Part shown: piece after piece, positions 62,201 to 64,000 of the stretch
Layout: each line of letters opens with the position of its first letter
How positions within the stretch are numbered: the stretch's first letter is position 1
Source of the DNA: Amphiscolops sp. MND2022
Taxonomy: Eukaryota
DNA: 64,000 bases
Direction of reading: 5' to 3'
NCBI GenBank assembly: GCA_964187785.1
Contig: OZ076412.1
Coordinates: 37,138,001 to 37,202,000 of the forward strand
Notes under the pieces: model-generated
Seen by the model: the letters and a program-made list of their open reading frames with translations, nothing else
Database searches by the model: none
What the model was told of the DNA's origin: nothing
Program-made: the position numbers and the translations under genes

Positions 62201-64000
62201 CGACACCAACGTTGACCACAGAGGTAGTCTGAGAGGAAGGATGCAAAATTGAAGTTTCTGGACAATCATTTTCTACATCTTCAAACGTGCTGGAAATTAA
62301 CTGGGACACTAGCAGGATTGTCTGCAAATCGATTCTCGATCAAAACTTTCAACGAAAAGAGTCTTTTTCAGGTGTTCAAAGTGGACCAAGAGTCTTGAGA
62401 TTTTGATCAACTTCGTAAAGGAAAATTTTTTCGCGTAGTTCGCGCAGAATGACTACCATTACCGCTTTACTGCAACTTGCCCACTTCCGAATCTGCAGTC
62501 CTACCGATGCCAACGTGGTGCTTGTAACAACTTTCTGTAATTTCAGGATGTCATCTCCAGATGCAGCTCCGTCAACGTAGTCATCAACATGAAAAGACTC
62601 CAATATGGAGTCTTTGCAAATCTGGCTTTTGCCAATCACAATTGTGTCTCTCAGGGCTGTTACTGCATGATAGAGCCGGAAGAACCCAATATATGACCCT
62701 GTTGAGTCGCCACGTTTCAATGGGTTTTGACAGGTCGGACCTCCCTTAAACTTGATGGAAATTTCCATCTTTTTCGTTTAGGATTACTTGACGAGCCCTT
62801 ATTGTGATATCTCCGGTCAGAGCAACATTGAAGAATCGGAGACAAAGAAGAATCGAATACAAGTTCGGTTGCTGTTTCGTACCAAAGAGAAGACAGTGGT
62901 TGAGACTAATCCCATTCGACGTTTTGGCAGACGAGTTGAAAACAGCTCGGCACTTCGTTGTTGTCGAATTTTTGAACACTGCATGGTGTAGAAGCACATA
63001 GTAATAACCCTTGGGTAGAAATTTTTCGTTGTCTGGCACCCTCTCTATCAGTTCTTGAAAAAAATTCGACATATTGCTGTCGTGCGCTGTCATTAGTGGC
63101 AAGTTTTCTTTCTTTGTGAAGCAATTGACCTAAAGCATTTCGAGCAGAATGCCCAATGTCGGGCAAATCTTCTTGATTACTGGGATCAATGAAAGTCTTT
63201 GTTTTGTCTGAGGAAAGTCGCACATTTGGCCTAATATCTGGACCAAAAACTGTAGTGTAGTAGTGATGAACACATCCGAATTTTTCGGGCCATTACTTTG
63301 CTCTAGGGTAAGTTGGTGATTCTTAAATGTGCCAAAATCTTTCTTTGTTTCTTGTCCATTTGTGTCAGAAATGCCGGTTTGACAGCTGCCTTTTATGCTG
63401 AAATCGGCACAATGCCTCAAATTGTCCACGCCAGAGTAGTTTTTGTCATTCAAATACTCTGTTTTTTCCGAATCGAGGAACCAACTAATTCTGTGTAGAT
63501 TTCCTGGCCCAGCCGAAGATCCACTTTTCCAGTGCTTCATCGAACTTTGGATCGGCCAAATCAGGTTGTTGCGCAAGATTGCTCCGTGGGAGATTTGCTT
63601 CTGGAATCGAACAAGTGCTGATAGTAGGGTCCCAAAATACACAGTGTAACGTGAGAGGCTTTCCTTCCTTTGTATACATAGTGGTTTGGCTTTCACCATT
63701 GACCGACATCGAAGATCGCTGATTGACTCCTATAATTCGTTCTGATGACTCGGTTACCTTCGAGCCAAGTTTTTGCTACGCATTGGTTGTGATAACATTC
63801 ATGCGAGAACATGTGTTTATCAGTGCTTGAAGTTTCACTCTTCGACCACTTGATGCTAGAACGTTTACTTCAGCAGTTGGCTAGAACAAATTGGCTTGGC
63901 GATCACCTTTCAGTCCTTGTTGAGTCTTTTCCGTCTCATGAAGTGAAGTATGATCCTTGCCCTCACATTGGCTACACCTTGACTTTGAAGAACATTCGTT
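59290..64000 (-). mobile_element. Decayed BEL/Pao LTR retrotransposon pol (gag end-PR-RT-RH-IN), 5' end outside the window
   Basis: DLADPKF (protease region), YY..HHAVFKNSTTTKCRAVFNSSAK.SNG.SLN and FHVDD (RT), SDSTIALSW..NPA..A..SLWWNGP (RNase H), SPFIDEKGIL..GGRL (integrase linker), ending VRVAKVK..IKAITK.RELP. Many frameshifts. Confidence 0.92.

Overview
AT-rich, repeat-dense animal genomic DNA with GT-AG introns. There are no prokaryotic features, and I cannot determine the species from the sequence. The one clear host gene is an 8-exon Src-family tyrosine kinase (+, 1822-26386, 678 aa: myristoylation signal, ~200-aa Q/H/G/M/S-rich N-terminus, SH3, SH2, kinase). It is atypical: no Tyr at the Src Y416 position, a shortened Cys-containing hinge, and 30 residues after the C-terminal inhibitory Tyr. 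A divergent SHC-like SH2 ORF (47628-47927, +) is preceded by exon-like segments that can be spliced in frame into a small, possibly membrane-anchored SH2 protein. The rest is mostly transposable elements. These include MULE-type, hAT-type and Tc1/mariner-type MITEs with readable TIRs and TSDs, a 1.33-kb near-perfect palindrome, Helentron-like (HINE) repeats, satellite arrays, and relics of a CRE-like LINE, another LINE and a Penelope-like element. The larger elements are a full-length but disrupted Ty3/Gypsy element (36151-42160) inserted into the Penelope relic, an internally deleted FLYWCH-MULE (48883-50708), and a decayed BEL/Pao element (- strand, running off the right edge). Next to the BEL/Pao pol end is an apparently exact 2470-bp tandem duplication containing a possible env-like relic. 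All domain calls come from motif recognition by eye; no database searches were run.
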